From IMG/VR virus record IMGVR_UViG_3300026521_000463, positions 29,353 to 93,352 of that record: a stretch of 64,000 nt of DNA; one strand, 5' to 3'. Both the position numbers and the translations under genes were made by a program. Each line of letters opens with the position of its first letter. Positions within the stretch are counted from its first letter, which is position 1. Of the stretch, positions 28,464 through 37,422 are shown piece after piece. The notes beneath the pieces were generated by a model. That model made no database searches. It had not been told where the DNA came from and saw nothing but the letters and a program-made list of their open reading frames with translations. The stretch is from a virus.

Positions 28464-29285
28464 TTAATTATGATAAATAATTTTTATTGATTTAATACAA
28501 TAACTACCATCTCCAGGATTTGAAAAAGTCAATACCATTTCATCTTCAATTTCATTATCAAATGACATAACAAATCCGAAACTATTATTGTATAATGACA
28601 TTCTATCTGAGTAAATAATTTTATCATTTAAAGTAATAGTATCTGTTTCAGCATCTTTTGAAATTGAATCAAGTGTTACTATAAAAATATCCATTTTTGA
28701 AAAGTTATCATTTTTAGGAATTGTTACAGATGACTCTTCATCAAATCGTAAAACCCCCATTAAATCTATTTCATTATACAATAAATCTATTTCTTCATTT
28801 TCAGGAAAATCATAAACTTCATATTTTGGATAAAATCTATGTTTAAACAAAACCATTGCTTCATCTTCAACACCTTCTCCGTTGCCATTTAGAGTAGTAT
28901 CTAAATATAAAGTGGGGGTAGTCTCAAAAAATGAGGCATATAAACAAGTTCCCGCACCAGTGTATCCATTGACATAATAATTTTCCCATTTAGGATGTGG
29001 TAAATCCAAAATACAAAATTCATTTTTTCCTATAACATCATACCCTTCGTTGGCACCGTGATTTATCGTATATCTTTTAATATCGCCTTCATCGGATGAA
29101 ATAATATAATCTTCAGAATCAGGTGACCCGGCAACACCCCAAAGTAAAAAATGCAATCCTTTATCTTTACATTCAGGTATTGATATTGTTTGTTTATCTA
29201 AAAAAAGAAGCATATTATTTTCATCTTTAGAATTCCATTCAATGCTATGAATTTCTGATGATGAAGACTTTATCAATTCTGCCAT
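28464..29285 (-). CDS. Hypothetical acidic protein (possibly virion-associated)
   Basis: 273-aa ORF in a putative late operon. Confidence 0.6.
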   Translation of the reverse strand: MAELIKSSSSEIHSIEWNSKDENNMLLFLDKQTISIPECKDKGLHFLLWGVAGSPDSEDYIISSDEGDIKRYTINHGANEGYDVIGKNEFCILDLPHPKWENYYVNGYTGAGTCLYASFFETTPTLYLDTTLNGNGEGVEDEAMVLFKHRFYPKYEVYDFPENEEIDLLYNEIDLMGVLRFDEESSVTIPKNDNFSKMDIFIVTLDSISKDAETDTITLNDKIIYSDRMSLYNNSFGFVMSFDNEIEDEMVLTFSNPGDGSYCIKSIKIIYHN

Positions 29286-29294
29286 TTTATTCCT

Positions 29295-29882
29295 TTAAAA
29301 TTCACTTGTATTTTTTTCTTGTGCTTTTTTTCTTTTTGTTTGAGCAATCATTTGAAGTATTTCATCAAGATTTTCCTCATCATAATCTTCAATTTCTTCA
29401 TTTTTTTCAACTTCGCTTTTAGTATGTAATGCTTTAAGTGTCATTTCAATGCTATCCATATCAATTTTTTCTTGAATTTTCATAAGCATATCTTCTGTTC
29501 TTTCAAATAAGATTCTCGTTGATTGGTAAAGTTGTAACATCTCACCTGTTTCAAGTTTATCTATCATTCTATCGTCAAATAATTTATCTTCTAATTTTGA
29601 TAAATAATCTTCAAGAACATTTAGTTTTGCGCTTAACTTTTTAGCAAGTTGAATCAATTGAAGTGAAACTCCTAATCCTGATAATTTAACTCTTTTAATA
29701 AAATCCTTATCAGGAATTTTACCTTTAAAAAGTAGTTCTTCAACAATCGCATCATCTTCCTTAGTAAGAAGATTTAACGATTTAAAAGTATCTTGGGTTT
29801 CATATTTTTCTTCTTCAAAATTACTTAACTCATCGAAAAAGTTTTCTTCGATGACTTCTGCTTTAATAACATCATTAGACAT
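29295..29882 (-). CDS. Helical late protein (terminase small subunit is one candidate)
   Basis: TTAAATA at 29908-29914, predicted all-helical. Function not established. Confidence 0.45.
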   Translation of the reverse strand: MSNDVIKAEVIEENFFDELSNFEEEKYETQDTFKSLNLLTKEDDAIVEELLFKGKIPDKDFIKRVKLSGLGVSLQLIQLAKKLSAKLNVLEDYLSKLEDKLFDDRMIDKLETGEMLQLYQSTRILFERTEDMLMKIQEKIDMDSIEMTLKALHTKSEVEKNEEIEDYDEENLDEILQMIAQTKRKKAQEKNTSEF

Positions 29883-29917
29883 TTTTACCCTTTACTCGTT
29901 TTAAAAGTATTTAAAAG

Positions 29918-31315
29918 TTAAGCAGGTAAAATGTTTTTAAGTTCTTCAAGTTCCTCATTCCAAATATCAAAAATATCTTTATTTTTTAAATCATCATATT
30001 GTTTTTGAAGTTTATCTCTTTGAGATAACAATTCATTTATCTTTTCTTCTGTTAAATTTAATAAATTCATTTGTAGATGTTTTTCAGCAAATTTTATACC
30101 TAATTCATTACATTTTTTTAAGATGTTTTCTTTTTTATTTTTATTTATAACTATATTATCATCAATTATATTTTGGATAAATTTTATTCTGTCATTTAAA
30201 AAGTCAATTTCTTCTTGCCATTTATTAAGTTGATAATCTTTTCTTTTGTGATAAACTTCAACTCTTTTATTTATAAATGCTTCAAGCAACTCAATTTCAT
30301 CTTGAAATTCAACTATCTTATTATTTTCATCTATGCAAGTAAAGTTTTCAGTAACTTTTTTGACTAATTTTAATTCTTTATAAATCTTTTCATCATTTCC
30401 TGAATTATACCAATCCATAAGTTTTTTACTACGGATTTCAAATCTAAACTCGTCTTTATCACTTAAATCTCTATATGATTGAATAATTTTTCTGTCTTGT
30501 AACTTATCAAGTTCTTTAATATAACCTTTTAAAGTGTATCCTATAGGAACTTCTGTGATAACTATTTTATTTTTTTCAACTTCAAATTTCCCAAAAATAC
30601 TAAAAGACCCTTTTGTCATTTCACTTGAAATTGTCCCATTAAAACCATTATAACCTGGTAAAATACCATTAGGTAAATTTTTATTTTTGATATAATTTTG
30701 TAAAACTTCAATAATTTTTTTGGGTTTTCTTGGTAAGATTTTTTGTGAAAATCCTAATGATATACCTTCAGAACCATTTACTAAAATTAAAGGAATTACA
30801 GGCATATAATACTTGTATTCAACCTTTTCGCCTTCAAAATAATTTTCTTCTAATACAGGCGAATCTTCACTTCTAAAAACTTTTTTAGCATATTCAGATA
30901 AATGACTATAAATATATCTGCTTGCTGCTGGTGCTGGTATAAATCTTGTCCCAAAACTTCCTTCAGGATGTAAAAGATTTATATTGTTACTCCCTACAAA
31001 ATTTTGGGCAGTATTCACTAAAACACCTTCAAGAGATTTTTCTCCGTGAATATAATTTGTGAAGTCAGCAATGTTACTAACTATTCTTGCCACCTTTACT
31101 TCTTTTGTGATATTTTTTTCTAAAAATGTATAAAGAACTTTTCTTTGTGATAACTTCATTCCATCAATATAACTTGCTATTTTTCTAACATTGTCGTAAG
31201 AAGCAAATGAAATGTATTCATTTTCTAAAAAGTCTTTAATTGACTTTTTAGTTTTATCTGTTATACTTGAAGTTTCGTTTTCTGTCATTGCTTCGATTGT
31301 TTCTAAAATACTCAT
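29918..31315 (-). CDS. Type II topoisomerase breakage-reunion subunit (gp52/GyrA-like)
   Basis: DGMKLSQRKVL, YIHGEKSL, GSFGTR, catalytic AASRY, PLILVNGSEGI.LGF. Confidence 0.95.
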   Translation of the reverse strand: MSILETIEAMTENETSSITDKTKKSIKDFLENEYISFASYDNVRKIASYIDGMKLSQRKVLYTFLEKNITKEVKVARIVSNIADFTNYIHGEKSLEGVLVNTAQNFVGSNNINLLHPEGSFGTRFIPAPAASRYIYSHLSEYAKKVFRSEDSPVLEENYFEGEKVEYKYYMPVIPLILVNGSEGISLGFSQKILPRKPKKIIEVLQNYIKNKNLPNGILPGYNGFNGTISSEMTKGSFSIFGKFEVEKNKIVITEVPIGYTLKGYIKELDKLQDRKIIQSYRDLSDKDEFRFEIRSKKLMDWYNSGNDEKIYKELKLVKKVTENFTCIDENNKIVEFQDEIELLEAFINKRVEVYHKRKDYQLNKWQEEIDFLNDRIKFIQNIIDDNIVINKNKKENILKKCNELGIKFAEKHLQMNLLNLTEEKINELLSQRDKLQKQYDDLKNKDIFDIWNEELEELKNILPA

Positions 31316-31323
31316 TTTAACTC

Positions 31324-32406
31324 CTAAACTTTATTTATATCTAAACTATAATTTTTAAGTAATTCTTTTCTTTTATCACTTTTTTCTTTACTTAACCAAT
31401 CATCTAAGTCTTTATCATTTTCAACCTTAAATGATATTAACATATTTTCAAAACCTTCTTTTTCAATAACTTGCCCTAATAATTCAGGTGTATATTCTCC
31501 TAAACCTTTCATATATTTTAACTCACCTTTTGAAGTGTCAATCTCATCATCAAGTGAAAAATAATAATTTTGAATTTTTTTATTTTTTTGGATTATTATA
31601 ATAGGTGTTATAAATCTTTTAACTTTTGACAAGTATTCAGGTAAAAACTTATAGAAAAATCCTAACAATAAACCAAATATATGATGTCCGTCAGCATCAG
31701 CATCTGAAGCAATAATTATTTCTTGATAATTTTCATTTGAAATAATTTTAAATAACTCACTTAACTCTACATTTTTGTTTAATGCTGAAACATTTACTTC
31801 CCAAGCATTTAATGGAACACCTTTTAATTCATAATAACCATTTTCTTTTCTTCCTAATGAAGGTATCAATCCACCAACTGCTGATGCTCCTTCTCCAATA
31901 ATCAATCTTTTCTTAAATTGAGTTGCAGGAAGATATTTTTCACTTTTTATTTTTTTAGTCGTTTTAGCAAGTTTTTTTAACTCAGCATTCTCTTTTGCTT
32001 GTTCTTTAAGTGTAAAATATTCTGTAATACTTAACATTAAATCTTCATCTTTGAGTAATTCTCTAACAATTTTATCCCATTTAACACCTTCAAAAACTTT
32101 ATCCCAAGTTGATTTAGCATTACTTATCTCAATCTTTTCTTGACTTGTAAATTCAAGTGCAGGGACAAATCTAGCAATAACCATCAATTTTATTTTATTT
32201 TTTATATCCGCAGGTTTAATTGTTTTAAATTTTTTAACTAATTTTTCTCTAATTGGCGGAATAATTTTATCTAAAATATAATTCACTTGCGACCCACCAT
32301 TTCTCGGGTTTATACCATTTATTATAGACAATTGTGAAAAATCATCTGTATCATTTGCTTTTATAATAATTTCAAAATTATCTTTTTTTATGTTACCATA
32401 TTTCAT
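31324..32406 (-). CDS. Type II topoisomerase transducer + TOPRIM subunit (gp39 C-part plus gp60 equivalent)
   Basis: INGI.P.NGGSQV, FTSQEK, GEGASA, LKGVPLN, DADADGHHI, YMKGLG. Confidence 0.9.
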   Translation of the reverse strand: MKYGNIKKDNFEIIIKANDTDDFSQLSIINGINPRNGGSQVNYILDKIIPPIREKLVKKFKTIKPADIKNKIKLMVIARFVPALEFTSQEKIEISNAKSTWDKVFEGVKWDKIVRELLKDEDLMLSITEYFTLKEQAKENAELKKLAKTTKKIKSEKYLPATQFKKRLIIGEGASAVGGLIPSLGRKENGYYELKGVPLNAWEVNVSALNKNVELSELFKIISNENYQEIIIASDADADGHHIFGLLLGFFYKFLPEYLSKVKRFITPIIIIQKNKKIQNYYFSLDDEIDTSKGELKYMKGLGEYTPELLGQVIEKEGFENMLISFKVENDKDLDDWLSKEKSDKRKELLKNYSLDINKV

Positions 32407-32415
32407 TTATACTCC

Positions 32416-32637
32416 TTATATTGGTAAAACAAGATTTTTATCTTCAATTTCATTTAACAATTCTATTACATTTTGTTTCTTTTTAGTGTATAACATTTTA
32501 CCTAAACATCCAAAACAAAAATGCTGGTCTTCGATTTCAGCATATGTTAAATTATCACCTGTCCCATCATTATAAAAATAATTAGGTTCTTGTAAAATTA
32601 CTCCACATTTATCACATTTTTTGACTTCACAAATCAT
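32416..32637 (-). CDS. Small CxxC...CxxC zinc-binding protein
   Basis: CDKC and CFGC. Confidence 0.55.
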   Translation of the reverse strand: MICEVKKCDKCGVILQEPNYFYNDGTGDNLTYAEIEDQHFCFGCLGKMLYTKKKQNVIELLNEIEDKNLVLPI

Positions 32638-32684
32638 AGGTTCTCCTTTTTATAATTACTTTTATAATTATACTAAAAAATTCA

Positions 32685-34361
32685 TTAAAATAAACTTCTG
32701 GAAATTGTTTTGTAATTTTTAAATTCATAAATTTTATATTTATCAGGAATTGCTTCAAAAACCAAAATATCATTATTTCTCAGCACTTCATCTATTTCTT
32801 TTTTTGTCATAAGCGAAGGAACCAAATCATAACAATTCATTTTATTTTCTAATGCATAAATAGCAGTATAAATATCAATATCATTTTCTGTAAAGTTGAT
32901 AAGAGTATCATAATTATCTTTTAGTTTATCTAACTCACTTTTTAAAAAGTCTTTTGATGCTTTACCAACGACAACTAATCCTTTTTTAAATTCTCTTATA
33001 TTAAACCATACATAATTATTTTTTTTGCTTAACTTTTTATTCTTTTTAATGTTTGTATTACTTTTTGAATCAATTATTCTTCCTCCTAAAATTTTAGCAA
33101 GGTCAGAAGTATAATTTTTTCTTGAAGATATTTTTCCTAAAATTTTATAATTATAATCAATTTTTTTACAATTACAATTTCCGAATGAATTATTTTTAAA
33201 AGGTTTATAATCTACCTCGTGGTGCCATCTATTAAATTTGTATTTTAGTTTAGTGTATTCAGGATAAGTTTTCCAAAGCATATAAGATTTAGGAAGGGTT
33301 CCCTCTTGAAAATAAAACTCATCACTATTACCACCACTTAACACCTGAGTTGTCATTTTATCACCTATAAACATATTCCATTGAATAGTTGAATACCCAT
33401 TTGTAAGAACATCAAGTGATAAGATTGTATCTTCATTATAACGACCTCTCCACCTAAAAGGTATATTATTGCGAATAAGCAACATTGAATAAATTCTTGT
33501 ATTTTTTACATAAGGTTTATTCTTATTTTTAAACATTACGAAGGTTTCATAATTTAAACCACTTATTGCTATATTATCATAATTTTCCATAAACATTTCA
33601 GGGAGTGCAAAAATAGATTCATCAATCAAAAAACCTTTATTGTCAGTATAAAAGTGGAAATTACGGATATTATCATCTAAAACCCAATGAAATTCATAAC
33701 CTTCTTTAATTGAAGTTTCCCAAGCAAAATTCCTTGCTGGACCCGGACCAGTGGATTTTTCAAGACCATAGTCATCTAATTTCTCATAATCTTCTTTATA
33801 TTTATTATCAAGAATAATAAGTTCTTCAGGTTTAAAATTTTGAAGATATTTATCATATTCTTGTTCTTCGACTACAATGCGGAATTTAACATTCATTGCT
33901 GCTAATTTTTTTGCTGTTATACAATTATCCCATCGTCCTTTTGACACGATAAATATAGGATATTTTTGCTTAACTTCAAATGAAACTACCTCATCTATAT
34001 TTTGAATTTCAAGATTTGGATAATAACATAAATAAGTTTTTCTGTTACCTGTGAATGGTATTTTAATTTTTTTAAATTTATCTTTATATTTTAAAAAATG
34101 TTCTGTGTCTTTAAATTCTAAATCAATCATTTGTTTATAACTTTTTTTGACACCCCATTTATAGGTCGGAAAATTTATTTTATTAAAAACTTCATCATTA
34201 TATATTTCTGTAAAAGAATTTTTTGTTTTTAATAAAGATATTTTTTCTTCATCAACTTTATAATTATAATCATTTTTTAACGGAAAATCTTTTTTAAAAA
34301 TTTCATCTAATTCATTTTTTACTTCTAAGTTTTTATCATTAACATAAACACGGACAACCAT
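32685..34361 (-). CDS. GT-A fold glycosyltransferase of the TET/JBP-associated (TAGT/GREB1-like) type, with extra N- and C-terminal domains
   Basis: YPIFIVSKGR, IVVEEQEYDKY, GPGPARNFAW, HWVLDDNI, NTRIYS, RWRGRYNEDTILSL, GGN. Confidence 0.75.
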   Translation of the reverse strand: MVVRVYVNDKNLEVKNELDEIFKKDFPLKNDYNYKVDEEKISLLKTKNSFTEIYNDEVFNKINFPTYKWGVKKSYKQMIDLEFKDTEHFLKYKDKFKKIKIPFTGNRKTYLCYYPNLEIQNIDEVVSFEVKQKYPIFIVSKGRWDNCITAKKLAAMNVKFRIVVEEQEYDKYLQNFKPEELIILDNKYKEDYEKLDDYGLEKSTGPGPARNFAWETSIKEGYEFHWVLDDNIRNFHFYTDNKGFLIDESIFALPEMFMENYDNIAISGLNYETFVMFKNKNKPYVKNTRIYSMLLIRNNIPFRWRGRYNEDTILSLDVLTNGYSTIQWNMFIGDKMTTQVLSGGNSDEFYFQEGTLPKSYMLWKTYPEYTKLKYKFNRWHHEVDYKPFKNNSFGNCNCKKIDYNYKILGKISSRKNYTSDLAKILGGRIIDSKSNTNIKKNKKLSKKNNYVWFNIREFKKGLVVVGKASKDFLKSELDKLKDNYDTLINFTENDIDIYTAIYALENKMNCYDLVPSLMTKKEIDEVLRNNDILVFEAIPDKYKIYEFKNYKTISRSLF

Positions 34362-34363
34362 CT

Positions 34364-34597
34364 TTACTCCTCAATAAATTCATCAACATCAATATGATTA
34401 TTTTCAAAAATAACTTCTCCGTTTAAAAGCAACATTTCTATATTATCATCAGGCAACACTTCAACCCATAATTTATCGTCGTCAGAAGTCAGTACTGAAC
34501 CGTCAAATGAAGTTATTTTATCTATATTTACATTTTTTACTAATTCATGTGATAAAAATTCGTCAAGTGATTTAAATTGTTTTTTAATAAATTTCAT
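34364..34597 (-). CDS. Hypothetical early protein
   Basis: Behind the class I promoter at 34625-34653. Confidence 0.55.
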   Translation of the reverse strand: MKFIKKQFKSLDEFLSHELVKNVNIDKITSFDGSVLTSDDDKLWVEVLPDDNIEMLLLNGEVIFENNHIDVDEFIEE

Positions 34598-34624
34598 TTT
34601 TATTCCTTTATGTTTTATAATATA

Positions 34625-34653
34625 ATTATATCAAAAAAGAAAATAAAAGTCAA
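34625..34653 (-). promoter_or_regulatory. Class I promoter TTGACT-N17-TATAAT
   Basis: Consensus boxes with 17-nt spacing. Confidence 0.8.
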
Positions 34654-34659
34654 GGACTT

Positions 34660-35118
34660 TTATTCTTTTATTTCAAATTCCTCAAGATTTTCAAAATCAA
34701 TTTTTAGAGAATTCAATGATTCATCTATATTCCAAGGTATTGCTTTTTTTGTTTTCATATCCATTGAAAGAATAGTGATAGCAGTTAAAAGTTTTATTTC
34801 CGGAACAATTCTATAAATAACCTTAAACTTAGATTTTGTAAATGTTAAGGCAACATCTGTTCTGCCTTTGAATTTGCCTTTATTATATTTATATAACATT
34901 AAATCTAAACCTTTTGAAATTTTCTTCTCAGCAGTTTTCCAATCTAAATCTGTTCTCTCTTCCACTTTTTCAGCAAAGTTATGGTCTTTTGTATTATAAA
35001 AAGTTATCCTAAACCCATAATCATTTTTACCAACATATTTCATTCTTTTAAATTTTTTAGCAGAAGAACTATCTCCTTTTCTAACAATGTTTATTGCTTC
35101 AAGAATTTCTTTGAGCAT
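34660..35118 (-). CDS. Hypothetical basic late protein
   Basis: TTAAATA at 35136-35142. N-terminus MLKEILEA. Confidence 0.6.
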   Translation of the reverse strand: MLKEILEAINIVRKGDSSSAKKFKRMKYVGKNDYGFRITFYNTKDHNFAEKVEERTDLDWKTAEKKISKGLDLMLYKYNKGKFKGRTDVALTFTKSKFKVIYRIVPEIKLLTAITILSMDMKTKKAIPWNIDESLNSLKIDFENLEEFEIKE

Positions 35119-35134
35119 AATAATCCTTTTTTGA

Positions 35135-35281
35135 TTATTTAAAACGATATAATAATTCTCCGTGCCCGTCTTCTTGGATATTTAACTTGTATTCAATTGA
35201 AGCAATTTGTCCTTGTGAATGCACTTCATTGAGATTAAATGCTTTTAATCCGAAGTAGCATATTACTGCCATTAAATTCAT
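35135..35281 (-). CDS. Small hypothetical protein (48 aa)
   Basis: Read manually: GGAG RBS, MNLMAVICYFGLKAFNL... Confidence 0.45.
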   Translation of the reverse strand: MNLMAVICYFGLKAFNLNEVHSQGQIASIEYKLNIQEDGHGELLYRFK

Positions 35282-35290
35282 TTTGACTCC

Positions 35291-35545
35291 TTAAAATTTA
35301 TTTATGAATTCATTTATTTTAAATCTTATCTTATCAAACAATGAGATTTTTTTACAATGTGATTCATAGAATTCTTCACCTAATGATGTTATCGTCCATT
35401 TATCGTCCTCAATTTTTATGAAATTATTATTTTTAAACATTTCAAAAAATAAATCACCTATATTGTCAATCAATTCCAGGACATTACCTTTTTTCTTATC
35501 TCCTAGATATTTTATTGCATATTTAACATCAGTCATTTTTTTCAT
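35291..35545 (-). CDS. Small winged-helix-like hypothetical protein
   Basis: NNFIKIEDDKWTITSLGEEFY resembles a winged-helix wing. Confidence 0.45.
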   Translation of the reverse strand: MKKMTDVKYAIKYLGDKKKGNVLELIDNIGDLFFEMFKNNNFIKIEDDKWTITSLGEEFYESHCKKISLFDKIRFKINEFINKF

Positions 35546-36250
35546 CTAAAACTCAACTTCCGAAGATTTGACAATTTCATCATTAAGTATAAATTTTATT
35601 TCAGGGTAAGTTTCTGCCAATAATCTAATTCTTGTTTTAATAACTTTTAAATCATTTTCAGAAAATTCTTCTTTATCAAATCTATTAAAATCAGGTTCAC
35701 AATAAACATAAACACCACTTGATGAAATTTTAGATTCTTTTAAATTGAATTTTGAAGCGTTATCTTCCCATTCGCAAGTTACTTTTAAATTATTATTTTT
35801 ATTTTCACCTATAAACTTTTTTGAAAAAATATTTGTTAAAGCAGCACCCATCCCATTTGTCCCAATGGATTTTCTATTGTCATCATTAAAATTACTTCCT
35901 GCTCTCAATTCACTCCAAGCAACTTCACACATATATTTATCGTCAATTTTTTCATTTGGGATTCCTCCTCCGTTATCTTCCACACTAAAATAATTTTTTT
36001 GTAATTCAATTTTAATTTTTGGATTTCCTTTTGGTGCTTTAAGATTATTATCTACAAAATAATCTACACTATTATCCAAAATCTCCTCAAAAATTTTAAC
36101 TAATCCAGGGGTATATGATATTTTTTGATTGACATATTTATTATCTTCAACTAAATATCTTTCCTCATCGATAACCTTTATGCTTCCTATATAAACATTT
36201 GCTCTTTTTAACACATGTTCCTTATCTGATAGCACTTGTATTTGTCTCAT
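35546..36250 (-). CDS. Type II topoisomerase GHKL ATPase subunit (gp39 N-part)
   Basis: LSDKEHVLKRANVYIGS, EILDNSVD, VEDNGGGIP, AGSNF, GTNGMGAALTNIFS. Confidence 0.92.
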   Translation of the reverse strand: MRQIQVLSDKEHVLKRANVYIGSIKVIDEERYLVEDNKYVNQKISYTPGLVKIFEEILDNSVDYFVDNNLKAPKGNPKIKIELQKNYFSVEDNGGGIPNEKIDDKYMCEVAWSELRAGSNFNDDNRKSIGTNGMGAALTNIFSKKFIGENKNNNLKVTCEWEDNASKFNLKESKISSSGVYVYCEPDFNRFDKEEFSENDLKVIKTRIRLLAETYPEIKFILNDEIVKSSEVEF

Positions 36251-36431
36251 CTGCTCTCCTTTTTACCCAAATTTTTTCATTATGAACTATTTTTTGCACA
36301 TACCCGTGTTCTATAGCAATTCTTGCTGTTTCTTCTTCCATTTTTTTAGCATTATACAAATACAAAAAAAGTGAAACCATTATGCTTATAAATATCAATC
36401 CGCCTATAGCATCTGAAATTGTTTCATTCAT
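36222..36431 (-). CDS. Small membrane protein
   Basis: One N-terminal hydrophobic helix. Confidence 0.55.
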   Translation of the reverse strand: MNETISDAIGGLIFISIMVSLFLYLYNAKKMEEETARIAIEHGYVQKIVHNEKIWVKRRADETNTSAIR

Positions 36432-36440
36432 TATTTCTCC

Positions 36441-36947
36441 TTAACCTTTTATATCAAAATTAAAATCTGTTTCAGGAGTATTTAGTAACTCATCAAGAGT
36501 TTTTTCAATACTTTCTTTAATAGTTTTTTCAATAGATTTAACAGATATATTTTTACCCATTAACTCACTAATTTTTTCAAGGTATAATTTTTCCATTGAT
36601 TCAAATTTTTTTAATAACATTTCGTTATTTTTTTCAAGTTCTTTAATAATTTTATCTTGTTTTGAAACCACACTATCTTTACCTAATTCAGCATCAAGAA
36701 CTTTTGTATTTTCAAGTCTTCTTATATATTCTTTCATTTTTTCATTTTCTTTTTTTAAAAACATATTTTCTTCATTCATATCTGAAATTGATTTCATCAA
36801 ATCTTGTTTTTGTTTTTTGCACTCGTTTATTTCTTCAACTTGTTCGTTATAGTAATTTATAAATTTTGATAATTCATCTTTTCTAACTTCATAAACATTT
36901 CCTGTAAGTCTGTCAAGTGCTCTAACTTCTAAATTAAATTTACTCAT
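36441..36947 (-). CDS. Early coiled-coil protein
   Basis: Heptad-rich. Class I promoter at 36979-37007 and GGATTACACATG cassette. Confidence 0.6.
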   Translation of the reverse strand: MSKFNLEVRALDRLTGNVYEVRKDELSKFINYYNEQVEEINECKKQKQDLMKSISDMNEENMFLKKENEKMKEYIRRLENTKVLDAELGKDSVVSKQDKIIKELEKNNEMLLKKFESMEKLYLEKISELMGKNISVKSIEKTIKESIEKTLDELLNTPETDFNFDIKG

Positions 36948-36978
36948 GTGTAATCCTTTTTATGTTATTTACAATATA

Positions 36979-37007
36979 ATTATAACATAAAAAAGAATAA
37001 AAGTCAA
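36979..37007 (-). promoter_or_regulatory. Class I promoter TTGACT-N17-TATAAT
   Basis: Consensus boxes with 17-nt spacing. Confidence 0.8.
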
Positions 37008-37013
37008 GAACTT

Positions 37014-37199
37014 TTATGAATTATTTTTGATTTTTTCAATAATTTCATTAAGTTCTTTTTCCATATTTGAAATTTTATTTTTTAATCTCATATTTTCATC
37101 ATTTAAATCTGAAATTATTTTGTCTAATTCATCTATTGACTTTTTAGCGTCCAAAAGTGAATTAAGTTTATTTTTAAATTCATCAAAAATTTTAATCAT
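37014..37199 (-). CDS. Small coiled-coil protein (start revised to 37199)
   Basis: MIKIFDEFKNKL..., with an AAGG RBS inside the end of the upstream gene. Confidence 0.5.
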   Translation of the reverse strand: MIKIFDEFKNKLNSLLDAKKSIDELDKIISDLNDENMRLKNKISNMEKELNEIIEKIKNNS

Positions 37200-37413
37200 C
37201 TTTAACCTTATTTTTTGTATTTTTTGTTTTTTTATTTTCAGGTTTAACTTCACAACCTGCTAAAAATTCAGCAATATGTTTAGGTGAGATTTTATAAACT
37301 CTTGATGAAATTTTATAACATCCTAATTTTCTTTTTTTGATATAATCTCTTACTGCCCAATCTGATAAACCTAAAAATTCAGCAACTTGCTGAACTGTCA
37401 TTAACTCATCCAT
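37192..37413 (-). CDS. Excisionase/MerR-like helix-turn-helix (HTH_17) DNA-binding protein
   Basis: LMTVQQVAEFLGLSDWAVRDYIKKRKLGCYKI...YKISPKHIAEFL. Confidence 0.85.
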   Translation of the reverse strand: MDELMTVQQVAEFLGLSDWAVRDYIKKRKLGCYKISSRVYKISPKHIAEFLAGCEVKPENKKTKNTKNKVKDD

Positions 37414-37422
37414 TTATTCTCC

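Noticed and set aside
31324-36250. Split intein or intron joining the topoisomerase halves
   Set aside because: There is no Cys/Ser-initiated block A at the end of the N-part and no HN-(C/S/T) in the start of the C-part. The gap is filled with ordinary genes.
37192-37413. Excisionase-like HTH as evidence of a prophage or integrative element
   Set aside because: No integrase, repressor or att-like site is in the window, and the gene content is that of a lytic myovirus.
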